The notes under the pieces: generated by a model
The model's database searches: none
What the model was told of the DNA's origin: nothing
The model's input: the letters and a program-made list of their open reading frames with translations, nothing else
Translations under genes and position numbers: made by a program
Shown: positions 36,136 through 44,053 of the stretch, in pieces
How positions within the stretch are numbered: the first letter of the stretch is position 1
Layout of the letters: each line of letters starts with the position of its first letter
DNA from: Eubacteriales bacterium
Lineage (GTDB): Bacteria; Bacillota; Clostridia; Oscillospirales; CAG-382
Direction of reading: 5' to 3'
Assembly (NCBI GenBank): GCA_045592105.1
Contig: JAZNUB010000059.1
Span: 5,691 to 69,690, forward strand
Length of the DNA stretch: 64,000 bases

Positions 36136-36975
36136 TTGAAGCTTTCAACAGAGTTTAATTATGGCAGTATCCTTTTCGGCACGGAGGAAGCCATTAAAAT
36201 AATGGCAGAATCGGGCTTTGACGCGCTTGATTACTCTATGTTTGACCTCACGCGTGAGGATAACCCGCTAACGCATGACGATTGGCGTGAGCGTATGCAG
36301 TCCTTCCGCACCATTGCAGAGGAAAACGGCATAGGCTTTAACCAAACGCACGCGCCATTCCCTGCTTTTAAGGAGGGGGACGAGGAGTATAATACTACCA
36401 CCTTCCCGCTTCTTGTGCGCTCTATCGAGGTTACGGCTATACTTGGCGCAAAGCACGTTGTTATGCACCCACAGCCCACGGGGGGTAACGATTTGGAAAA
36501 GAACGTTGCTTTCTTCTCTCGCCTTGCTCCGTATTGCAAGCAGTTTGGCGTTAAAATAGCGATAGAAAACCTTATAGGTGATGCGTTTTTCGCAAAGCCC
36601 GAGCAGTTGGGTGCGCTTATAGACGCGCTTGACAGCGATTGTTTTACAGGGCTTTTGGATATAGGGCACGCTTCCATCAACGGTGTTGGTGCGCCGCAGT
36701 TTATTAAGGATTTCGGCACAAGGCTTTCCGCCCTGCACGTGCACGATAACGATACCGTGCATGACCTGCACAATCTCCCCTACACCAAGGGCTTGGATTG
36801 GGAGGCTATCTGTACCGCTTTGGCTGAAAACGGCTATAACGGCGATTTCACCTTTGAAGCAGGCTTTTTCATCCGCCAGTTCCCCAAGGAGCTTGCAAGG
36901 GACGCATACCGTATGATGGCGGCTGTTGGCAAATACCTTGTTGCAAAAATAGAAAGCAAAAAGAACAACAAATAA
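36136..36975 (+). CDS. sugar phosphate isomerase/epimerase (xylose-isomerase-like TIM barrel)
   Basis: 279 aa with family-typical metal-ligand blocks (..VVMHP.., ..IAIENL.., ..LLDIGHA.., ..LHVHDN..). TTG start. Confidence 0.8.
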   Translation: MKLSTEFNYGSILFGTEEAIKIMAESGFDALDYSMFDLTREDNPLTHDDWRERMQSFRTIAEENGIGFNQTHAPFPAFKEGDEEYNTTTFPLLVRSIEVTAILGAKHVVMHPQPTGGNDLEKNVAFFSRLAPYCKQFGVKIAIENLIGDAFFAKPEQLGALIDALDSDCFTGLLDIGHASINGVGAPQFIKDFGTRLSALHVHDNDTVHDLHNLPYTKGLDWEAICTALAENGYNGDFTFEAGFFIRQFPKELARDAYRMMAAVGKYLVAKIESKKNNK

Positions 36976-36987
36976 TTCCAAACAATA

Positions 36988-37021
36988 AAAGCCTTCCCAC
37001 GTTTTTCGCGCGGAAGGCTTT
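36988..37021 (+). terminator. terminator hairpin
   Basis: AAAGCCTTCC-14 nt-GGAAGGCTTT, then T-A rich sequence. Confidence 0.55.
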
Positions 37022-37040
37022 ACTATAAAGGAGCTTAGAT

Positions 37041-38012
37041 ATGAACAATTTATATTACCACACTATCCCCTTTAACGCAAGCAACCTAAAGGGTAGCTTT
37101 AACGGCGTTAAGGCAGAAAACGGATATCTTCAGCTTGACAACTGCAAGGAAGGAGCTTTCGTTTCGGAGCCTATAAGCGTGCCGGAGTGTGATACCTTGC
37201 TTATCTCTTGGAACTGCTATCGCCGCGGCGGAAGCGTTGAAATGATGCTTTCCTACCAAAAGGCAAACGGCAGCTATAGCAGCTTCTTCTCCTATGGCGA
37301 ATGGGGCACAAAGCCTGCAAACAAAAGCTGTAAAACCGAAGAAGGCGTTATGGATCAGGACACGCTTATGCTCCCCGAAAAGACAAAAAGCGTTATCATA
37401 AAGGCAGTTCTTACCGCAGGAACGGACGGTAGCGGTGACCCACAGCTTATCCGCTTTGGCTTAACGCATAACGGCACGCCCAATTTTACCGTTGACACAA
37501 GCGCATTGCCCGAAGAGGTTATTCTTAACGTAATACCTCGCTCGCAAATGGAGGTTCCCGTTATAGGCGGCATTATATGCAGCCCCACCTCCACCTCTAT
37601 GTGTATGGACTATAAGGGCTTAAGCCTGCCCACGGCAGACGTTGCCGCTATGTGCTTTGACTATGGTGACGATATCTACGGCAACTGGCTGTTTAACGTG
37701 GCTTGCGCGGGCGAACAGGGCTTTGAAGCTCATTTTGATATGTACGATACGGAAGCGGCTATGCATTGCCTCGCTAACGGAACGCCTATGGCGTTTTCCA
37801 TAAGAACGGAGGATGGGCAGATAACCAACGCGCCGCACGGCTATAGATTTGGGCATCTTATCTGCGTTATAGGCTACAAGAAAATAAACGGCAAGCTTCA
37901 TTTTATCGTAAACGACCCTTCAAGCAAGGACGTAAAGGATGTTCGCCGTGAATACGATGCTGAAGAATTGGCATCCGGTTGGAAGCTTGGCGCAGTTTAT
38001 GTAATACGTTAA
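37041..38012 (+). CDS. C39-like (Peptidase_C39_2 type) cysteine peptidase domain protein with N-terminal beta-rich domain
   Basis: 323 aa. The candidate catalytic Cys is in ..GGIICSPTSTSMCM.. and the His in ..FGHLICVIGYK... No signal peptide or ABC domain. Confidence 0.6.
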   Translation: MNNLYYHTIPFNASNLKGSFNGVKAENGYLQLDNCKEGAFVSEPISVPECDTLLISWNCYRRGGSVEMMLSYQKANGSYSSFFSYGEWGTKPANKSCKTEEGVMDQDTLMLPEKTKSVIIKAVLTAGTDGSGDPQLIRFGLTHNGTPNFTVDTSALPEEVILNVIPRSQMEVPVIGGIICSPTSTSMCMDYKGLSLPTADVAAMCFDYGDDIYGNWLFNVACAGEQGFEAHFDMYDTEAAMHCLANGTPMAFSIRTEDGQITNAPHGYRFGHLICVIGYKKINGKLHFIVNDPSSKDVKDVRREYDAEELASGWKLGAVYVIR

Positions 38013-38027
38013 CAAAAAAACGCCTTT

Positions 38028-38058
38028 TGAGGCACACTCCGTAAGGAAGTGTGCCTCA
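38028..38058 (+). terminator. 11-bp hairpin after the C39-like gene (no T-run)
   Basis: TGAGGCACACT-ccgtaagga-AGTGTGCCTCA. Confidence 0.45.
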
Positions 38059-38168
38059 GTTATATTCGCCTTGCGGCGAGTGATATTGCTTCGCAGTGAT
38101 ATGATGCTTCGCATCGTGATATTGTCCTTCGGACAGTTTTATGGGCGAATATAATATAACTGAAACCC
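38058..38168. repeat. hairpin-linker array D: 4 mini-hairpins separated by GTGATAT (x3), bracketed by inverted repeat AGTTATATTCGCC / GGCGAATAT..ATAACT
   Basis: Read directly from the sequence; unit coordinates are in the findings. Confidence 0.8.
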
Positions 38169-38229
38169 TGTTTTTTTAAAACGCAACTTCCATCTTTTAT
38201 CAAGTAAACGTAGTATTGGTGGGGTATAT

Positions 38230-38469
38230 ATGCAATTGAATGAAGCAGTTTCCAAAAGGATAAAGGAGCTTTGTAACAAAAACGGGATAACACAGTATGC
38301 GCTTTCACAAAAAAGCGGTGTTCCGCAATCAACGTTAAGCACAATTATTAGTTGCACTTTTCCAAGTATGAAGCTGCGTATTATTTACGAGATTTGTGAG
38401 GGCTTAGAGATAAGCTTAAACGAATTTTTTAATTCCCCTCTTTTTGATAGGGAGAATATTATTGACTAA
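38230..38469 (+). CDS. XRE-family helix-turn-helix transcriptional regulator (79 aa)
   Basis: ..ITQYALSQKSGVPQSTLSTIIS.. is a classic HTH_3 pattern. Low GC. RBS GGTGGGG upstream. Confidence 0.8.
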   Translation: MQLNEAVSKRIKELCNKNGITQYALSQKSGVPQSTLSTIISCTFPSMKLRIIYEICEGLEISLNEFFNSPLFDRENIID

Positions 38470-38480
38470 GCAATAACAAA

Positions 38481-38514
38481 TTAACGGGGTTGAGTTTTTG
38501 CTCAACCCCGTTAA
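38481..38514. terminator. bidirectional terminator between the XRE gene and the uracil permease
   Basis: Perfect 14-bp stem TTAACGGGGTTGAG-tttttg-CTCAACCCCGTTAA with A/T flanks. Confidence 0.65.
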
Positions 38515-38530
38515 AATTATAATTTAAATA

Positions 38531-39907
38531 CTATTCTTCGTCAGCGCTCTTGCCGGAAAGAAGAATGTTTGCAAGTATACCAAGAATAAGCGCGCAAGCT
38601 ATAGAGGTAATAGTTATAGTGTGATCCATAACGTTAAAGCTTATGGTAAGGCCGCCTATACCTGCTATAAGTATAGTACTTGCAACAAACAGATTTCTGT
38701 TCTTATTAAGGTCAACCTTTTGTACCATCTTCAAGCCGCTTACAGCGATAAATCCGTAAAGTGCCATACAAACGCCGCCCATTACGCAGGAGGGGATGGA
38801 GTTTACAAAAGCAACGAAGGGGGTGAAGAAGGAAACCACTATAGCAAGAACAGCAGCACCGATTATACTGTAAACGGAAGCGTTTTTGGTTATAGCAACG
38901 CAGCCAACGCTTTCGCCGTAGGTGGTGTTAGGGCAACCGCCGAAGAATGCGCCCGCCATAGAACCAACGCCGTCACCAAGAAGAGTGCGGTGCAGACCGG
39001 GCTCTTCAAGAAGGTCAGACTCGATTATGGAAGAAAGGTTCTTATGGTCTGCAATATGCTCTGCAAATACAACGAAAGCAACGGGAACGTATGCAAACAC
39101 AAGGGAAACAATATAACCGCCGTTAAGCTCGTCAAACGCGCCAAACGCCTTTACAAAGGTGAAATCAGGAGCATCAACAAAGCTCTTAAGAGATACGGGG
39201 TCAAACACGGAGCTTATCTTGGAGAAATCAATAACCTTCAATGCGTCGATATTTGCTACGTTACCGATAACGGTGAAAACGGAAGCAAGCGCATAGCCGG
39301 AAAGTATACCGATAATAAAGGGGATAAGCTTGGGCATCTTCTTACCGTAGGTAGAGCATATCATAACTACCACAAGGGTGAAAAGGCCAACAAGTATTGC
39401 TATGTAAGGAGAGCAAACGGAAAGGTTTTCAGCCGTTTTAAGGCCGCCGTTCTGAAGATCACCAACAGCGTTGCCTGCAAGGGAAAGACCTATAATAGCA
39501 ACGGTGGGGCCGATAACAACGGGAGGCATAAGCTTGTTTAGCCACTTAACGCCTGCAAACTTAACTATTACAGCGATAACCACGTAAACAAGGCCCGCCA
39601 TAACAGCACCTATTATCATACCAAGATAACCGAGCGCCATAGAAACACCGCCTGCGAAAGCGGCAGCCATAGAGCCTAAAAACGCGAAGGAAGAACCGAG
39701 GAAAACAGGGCTTTTAAACTTTGTGAAAAGCAAATAAACGATAGTGCCAACGCCTGCGCCGAAAAGTGCGGCAGCGGGGCTCATATCGTTGCCGATAATA
39801 ACGGGTACAACAAGTGTTGCCGTCATTATTGCAAGAAGCTGCTGGATAGAAAATACGATAAGCCTTGAAATCGGAGGCTTATCCTTAACGCCGTAAACCA
39901 TTTTCAT
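38531..39907 (-). CDS. pyrP: NCS2-family uracil/xanthine permease
   Basis: 458 aa with about 13 TM segments, NCS2 pattern and placement directly after pyrR. Confidence 0.88.
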   Translation of the reverse strand: MKMVYGVKDKPPISRLIVFSIQQLLAIMTATLVVPVIIGNDMSPAAALFGAGVGTIVYLLFTKFKSPVFLGSSFAFLGSMAAAFAGGVSMALGYLGMIIGAVMAGLVYVVIAVIVKFAGVKWLNKLMPPVVIGPTVAIIGLSLAGNAVGDLQNGGLKTAENLSVCSPYIAILVGLFTLVVVMICSTYGKKMPKLIPFIIGILSGYALASVFTVIGNVANIDALKVIDFSKISSVFDPVSLKSFVDAPDFTFVKAFGAFDELNGGYIVSLVFAYVPVAFVVFAEHIADHKNLSSIIESDLLEEPGLHRTLLGDGVGSMAGAFFGGCPNTTYGESVGCVAITKNASVYSIIGAAVLAIVVSFFTPFVAFVNSIPSCVMGGVCMALYGFIAVSGLKMVQKVDLNKNRNLFVASTILIAGIGGLTISFNVMDHTITITSIACALILGILANILLSGKSADEE

Positions 39908-39955
39908 AAAACTGGTCCTCCGTAATAAAATTTTATCAAAACCGCAAAACGCGGA

Positions 39956-40495
39956 TTATGACCTTTCGTATAGCTCCACGCAATCAACACCGTCCGTTTC
40001 AACAAAGCGAACGGAAACCACCTCTTCTCTGGAGGTAGGCAAATTTTTACCCACATAGTCGGGCTTGATGGGCAGCTCCCTATGCCCCCTGTCAACAAAG
40101 GCGGCAAGCTGTATCGTAGCAGGGCGCCCGCGCTTTATAACGGCTTCCATAGCGGCGCGCACCGTTCTGCCCGTATATATAACGTCGTCCACCAAAACAA
40201 CGTTCATATCCGTAACGTCAAAGCCAATGTCCGTTTCCTTGGCGGTGGGCAAATTGGCAAGCTTACCCAAATCGTCACGATAAAGGGTGATGTTAAGAGT
40301 GCCGCAAAGCACCTTTTTGCCCTCTATCTCCTCTATATTAGCGGCAAGGCGCTGTGCCATAGGCACGCCCCTGCTTTGTATACCGATAAGACAAACCCCG
40401 TCACACCCACGGTTGCGCTCCAATATCTCGTGCGCCATACGTTTAAGCGAACGGCTTATTGCCGCATCATTCATTATTTGTGCCTTAAACTGCAT
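39956..40495 (-). CDS. pyrR: bifunctional pyrimidine operon regulator / uracil phosphoribosyltransferase PyrR
   Basis: 179 aa with PRPP-binding loop ..[13 protein letters not shown].. and a typical PyrR N-terminus (..[16 protein letters not shown]..). Confidence 0.94.
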   Translation of the reverse strand: MQFKAQIMNDAAISRSLKRMAHEILERNRGCDGVCLIGIQSRGVPMAQRLAANIEEIEGKKVLCGTLNITLYRDDLGKLANLPTAKETDIGFDVTDMNVVLVDDVIYTGRTVRAAMEAVIKRGRPATIQLAAFVDRGHRELPIKPDYVGKNLPTSREEVVSVRFVETDGVDCVELYERS

Positions 40496-40513
40496 AAAAA
40501 CCCCTTTTGCACA

Positions 40514-42001
40514 TCACTTGTGGAACAAACGGTTTGTTTGATAGCAAGGCTCGCAGGTTAGGTTTATACCCAAACGGCGGTATATATCCTCGTCCACCTG
40601 CGAAAGTATAACGGTGGAATGCGCCTCACTACCGCGAAGAAGCCCCAAGCAATCCGCCGCACGGCGCGATATCTCGTTCCCCGTTGCGCTTATAGTAAGT
40701 GCGATAAGCAGCTCATCCGTGTGAAGGCGCGGGTTTTTGTTGCCAAGCAAGCCAACCTTTAGGCTTTGTATCGGCTCTATAACCTCAGGCCTTATTAAAA
40801 GCATTTCGGGGTCTATGCCGCCTATCGCCTTAACGGCGTTAAGCAAAGCGGCACTTGCCGCACCCAACAGCTCGCTTGTTTTACCCGTTACAATGCGCCC
40901 ATCGTTAAGCTTTATGGCTACCGCGGGCTGGCCCCCCGTTTCCTCCGAACGCTTAAGCGCGGCGGGAACAACAACACGGTCGTTCACGGTTATGCCCGCT
41001 TGGCGCATTATTACCTCTATCTTCTGAACGGCGTTTCCGTTGTCACGCCCTTTTTTCTTCTCACAAAGCGCGGCAAAATAACGCCTAACTATCTCTTCCT
41101 TGGCGGCGGCACAAACAGCCTCGTCATCCTCTATGCAAAAGCCAACCATATTTACGCCCATATCCGTTGGCGATTTGTAAGGGCTTTTACCCTCAATATT
41201 CTCAAAAATAGCGTTAAGCACAGGAAAAACCTCAACGTCCCTGTTGTAATTGACCGCAGTTACACCGTACGCCTCCAAATGGAAGGGGTCTATCATATTA
41301 ACGTCATTAAGGTCGGCAGTTGCCGCCTCATACGCAAGGTTTACAGGATGCTTGAGCGATATGTTCCATATAGGGAAGGTTTCAAACTTAGCGTATCCCG
41401 CCTTTGTACCGCGCTTATACTCGTGATAAAGCTGGGAAAGGCAGGTTGCCATTTTGCCGCTACCGGGGCCGGGCGCAGTTAGCACTACCAACGGGCGTTT
41501 AGTCTCTATATAATCGTTTTTGCCAAAGCCCTCATCGCTTACAATGTGCGAAACGGCAACGGGATACCCGTCTATCGGATAGTGCAGATATACCTTTACA
41601 CCAAGCTGCTCCATACGCTTTTTAAACGCATCTGCCGCAAGCTGGCACGCATACTTGGTTATTACAACACTGCCAACGTATAAGCCCATATCGCGGAAAG
41701 AATCTATAAGCCTTAAAACGTCGGCATCATAGCTGATACCGATATCAGAGCGTATCTTGCTTTTTTCAATATCGTCCGCGCTGATAACAATAACAACCTC
41801 AACATCGGAAGAGATGCTGCTAAGCATCTGAATTTTAGCATCGGGCACAAAACCCGGAAGCACGCGAGCGGCGTGATAATCGTCAAAAAGCTTGCCGCCA
41901 AACTCCAAATAAAGCTTGCCGCCAAACTCCTTTATACGCTTGCTGATATGCTCGGATTGTTTTTTTATATAAAGCTCGTTATTAAAGCCCTTTTGTGCCA
42001 T
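40514..42001 (-). CDS. DUF1846 (UPF0371) family protein
   Basis: 495 aa with the characteristic N-terminus ..FNNELYIKKQSEHI..R......KLYLEFGGKLFDD.HAARVLPGF... Confidence 0.85.
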   Translation of the reverse strand: MAQKGFNNELYIKKQSEHISKRIKEFGGKLYLEFGGKLFDDYHAARVLPGFVPDAKIQMLSSISSDVEVVIVISADDIEKSKIRSDIGISYDADVLRLIDSFRDMGLYVGSVVITKYACQLAADAFKKRMEQLGVKVYLHYPIDGYPVAVSHIVSDEGFGKNDYIETKRPLVVLTAPGPGSGKMATCLSQLYHEYKRGTKAGYAKFETFPIWNISLKHPVNLAYEAATADLNDVNMIDPFHLEAYGVTAVNYNRDVEVFPVLNAIFENIEGKSPYKSPTDMGVNMVGFCIEDDEAVCAAAKEEIVRRYFAALCEKKKGRDNGNAVQKIEVIMRQAGITVNDRVVVPAALKRSEETGGQPAVAIKLNDGRIVTGKTSELLGAASAALLNAVKAIGGIDPEMLLIRPEVIEPIQSLKVGLLGNKNPRLHTDELLIALTISATGNEISRRAADCLGLLRGSEAHSTVILSQVDEDIYRRLGINLTCEPCYQTNRLFHK

Positions 42002-42175
42002 TGCCTATGCCCCCTTTGTCACACTATCGTATAGTTTAGCAAATATTCTCTTTTTTTGCAAGTGCTACTTTAAAGTTTTTGCCTATTATTTTAAATTTGC
42101 TTCCCTTTGGCGTTGTTAACATTATACAAAATCCGTATATAATAGATATTGAAAGTCGAAAACAGGAGGTTGTGT

Positions 42176-43066
42176 ATGAAAGCAACGCGTATAAAAGCTA
42201 TATGTGTCAATGCGCTTATGCTGGTTGTCGGCTGTGTTATATATGCTGTTGGGATAGGGCTTTTTCTTGACCCCAACAACCTTTGCCCCTCAGGCGTTTC
42301 GGGGCTTGCCATCGTTATTAACCATTGGATAAAGCATTTTTGCGGTAGCTCTCCGCTTTCAACGGGAGCTATTATCGCCATTGCAAACATACCTATTATG
42401 ACACTTGGCGTTTGGAAGCTTGGATGGCGTTTTTTCGTTTCCACCATTATTGCAACCTTTGCGGCGTCGGGCTTGATTGATTTACTGCAATCGCTTTTCC
42501 CGCCGCTTACTGCCGAGCCCTTGCTTGCAAGCATATTGGGCGGCGCGTTTATGTCGCTTGGGATGGGGATGGTGTTCCGTGCAGGTGCCACAACGGGAGG
42601 CACGGACGTTATCGTGCGCGTACTGCGCGCCAAATACAAGCACATTAAAACAGGCGAAATGTTTTGGTTTTTAGACGGTGTGGTTATTATACTGTTTGCG
42701 CTTACAATGCGTAGCGTAGAGGTGTTTTTGTATGCGCTTATCACGCTTGCCGTGCAAACCTTTGTGCTGGATTCGGTGCTGTACGGTACGGACAGCGCAA
42801 AGCTTTTGTTTATCGTTAGCGATAATCATAAGGAGATAAGCCAATACCTGCTTGGCAAGCTGGAAACAGGCGTTACGCTTATTAAAGCCACGGGCGCATA
42901 TACGGGCAAAGACAAACAGGTTGTGATGTGCGTGGTGAAAAAACAAATGCTGCCTAAGATTAGGGAGTTTGTTTACGATGTAGACCCAAAGGCTTTTATG
43001 ATAGTTACAAAGGCAACGGAAATCTTTGGGGAGGGGTATAAGGACCATTCCTCCACCGAACTCTGA
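42176..43066 (+). CDS. YitT-family membrane protein with C-terminal DUF2179 domain
   Basis: ATG at 42176 with AGGAGG 6 nt upstream. Five to six TM segments and a soluble C-terminal domain (..TGVTLIKATGAYTGKDKQVVMCVV...EIFGEGY). Confidence 0.85.
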   Translation: MKATRIKAICVNALMLVVGCVIYAVGIGLFLDPNNLCPSGVSGLAIVINHWIKHFCGSSPLSTGAIIAIANIPIMTLGVWKLGWRFFVSTIIATFAASGLIDLLQSLFPPLTAEPLLASILGGAFMSLGMGMVFRAGATTGGTDVIVRVLRAKYKHIKTGEMFWFLDGVVIILFALTMRSVEVFLYALITLAVQTFVLDSVLYGTDSAKLLFIVSDNHKEISQYLLGKLETGVTLIKATGAYTGKDKQVVMCVVKKQMLPKIREFVYDVDPKAFMIVTKATEIFGEGYKDHSSTEL

Positions 43067-43119
43067 CAGAGCGCAAAAATAGGTGCAGACCACAAAAATA
43101 TAATTTATTTTTCATAATG

Positions 43120-43161
43120 AAGTCAGCCTGGGCATTTCACGCCCTCGGCTGACTTTTTTTG
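43120..43161 (+). terminator. rho-independent terminator of the yitT-like gene
   Basis: AAGTCAGCC-18 nt-GGCTGACTT followed by TTTTTT. Confidence 0.7.
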
Positions 43162-43177
43162 TTTATTTATTTTTGTT

Positions 43178-43234
43178 TTGGACGATATAGACCGCTCGCA
43201 GTACCAAGTACAGCTTCGGGTCTCTATCGTCCAA
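43178..43234. repeat. long inverted repeat (16-bp stem, 1 mismatch, 25-nt loop)
   Basis: TTGGACGATATAGACC ... GGTCTCTATCGTCCAA. The loop itself contains GTAC-caa-GTAC. Confidence 0.6.
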
Positions 43235-43303
43235 TCTGCACTCTATTTTTGCACTCTGTCCTCCTGAAATCGGGGGGGGAGACAGATGAAGGCACCTCAA
43301 GAG

Positions 43304-43380
43304 AAGTAAAGTTTGTCACTTTGCCGAAGGCAAAACTTCACTCACGAAGTGAACTCCACTTGCCCCATGGGCAAACTTAG
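43304..43380. repeat. hairpin-linker array E: 3 mini-hairpins separated by (A)ACT(T/C)CACT-type linkers
   Basis: TTGCC-GAA-GGCAA at 43321-43333, CAC-GAA-GTG at 43343-43351, and TGCCC-CAT-GGGCA at 43361-43373. Linkers are GTTTGTCACT, AACTTCACT, AACTCCACT and AACTTAGT. Confidence 0.75.
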
Positions 43381-43382
43381 TT

Positions 43383-43418
43383 GGGGCTGTATCAAATCGT
43401 TCGATTTGATACAGCCCC
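43383..43418. terminator. long hairpin between convergent genes, related to 25457-25498
   Basis: GGGGCTGTATCAAATCG-tt-CGATTTGATACAGCCCC. It is 5 nt from the stop of the minus-strand Big_2 gene and is followed on the plus strand by GTTTGTTATT. Confidence 0.55.
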
Positions 43419-43423
43419 GTTTG

Positions 43424-44053
43424 TTATTCGTCTGTGCTTATATCTGCATCTATACTTTCCGCACTACTTTCCTCACGCTCTAATACAACAAAGGTTATCG
43501 AAACGGGCTTTAAGCCGTTGGAATAAGAAAGGGTTACGGTTGACGTGCCTGCCTTTACGGCAGTAACGCGTTTTGAGCCGAAGTGTATTACTTCACTGTC
43601 ACTAACCGTCCACTTAAGCATAGCGTCTTCAAGCTCGCTACCCTCTATCTGCGAATAAAGCTGCATGCTCTCGCCAACGTACAGCGTATGAAATCCGCCC
43701 TCCGGCTGTGGGCCGAGGATAAGATTTGGGATAGTTTCGGGCTCTTTGGAAGGCGGCTCGCTTTGAACGGGCTGTTCCTTGGAGCTTAGCTCTTCCACGC
43801 TGCTGTCCTCCACGCTTTGGGCTTGGCTTTCCTCGCTTGGCTCTGCCGTGTCTACTGCATCCTCGCTTGTTTCTTCCGTCTGCTTGCTTGTTTCCATGCT
43901 GACAACACTTTCATCTAAAGAAACGCTTTCTTCGCTTAAAACGGAGTTTTCGCTTTCTTCGCGGCTTGTTTCCGCCAATTTGCCGTCCGCACAGCAACAA
44001 AGCGCAAAAAGCGCGGCAATAATAAGCCCAAGGCTTAATACAAATCTTTTCAC
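43424..44053 (-). CDS. lipoprotein-like secreted protein with acidic/Ser-rich linker and C-terminal Ig-like (Big_2) domain
   Basis: GTG at 44053 with AGGAGG 8 nt upstream. Signal/lipobox-like ..AALFALCCCADG... The Big_2-like C-terminus reads ..LYVGESMQLYS...WTVSDSEVIHFGSKRVTAVKAGTSTVTLSY... The longer ORF start (44107) would overlap hflX. Confidence 0.65.
   Translation of the reverse strand: MKRFVLSLGLIIAALFALCCCADGKLAETSREESENSVLSEESVSLDESVVSMETSKQTEETSEDAVDTAEPSEESQAQSVEDSSVEELSSKEQPVQSEPPSKEPETIPNLILGPQPEGGFHTLYVGESMQLYSQIEGSELEDAMLKWTVSDSEVIHFGSKRVTAVKAGTSTVTLSYSNGLKPVSITFVVLEREESSAESIDADISTDE

Noticed and set aside
39908-39955. PyrR-binding attenuator between pyrR and the uracil permease, or upstream of DUF1846 (42002-42175)
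   Set aside because: Only a small CCGC/GCGG hairpin with a U-run is present. The conserved PyrR binding loop (..UCCAGAGAGG..) is not found in either region.
42091-42744. 217-aa ORF on the minus strand
   Set aside because: It is antisense to the well-supported YitT-family gene, and its translation is Ser/Pro/Ile-rich without motifs.
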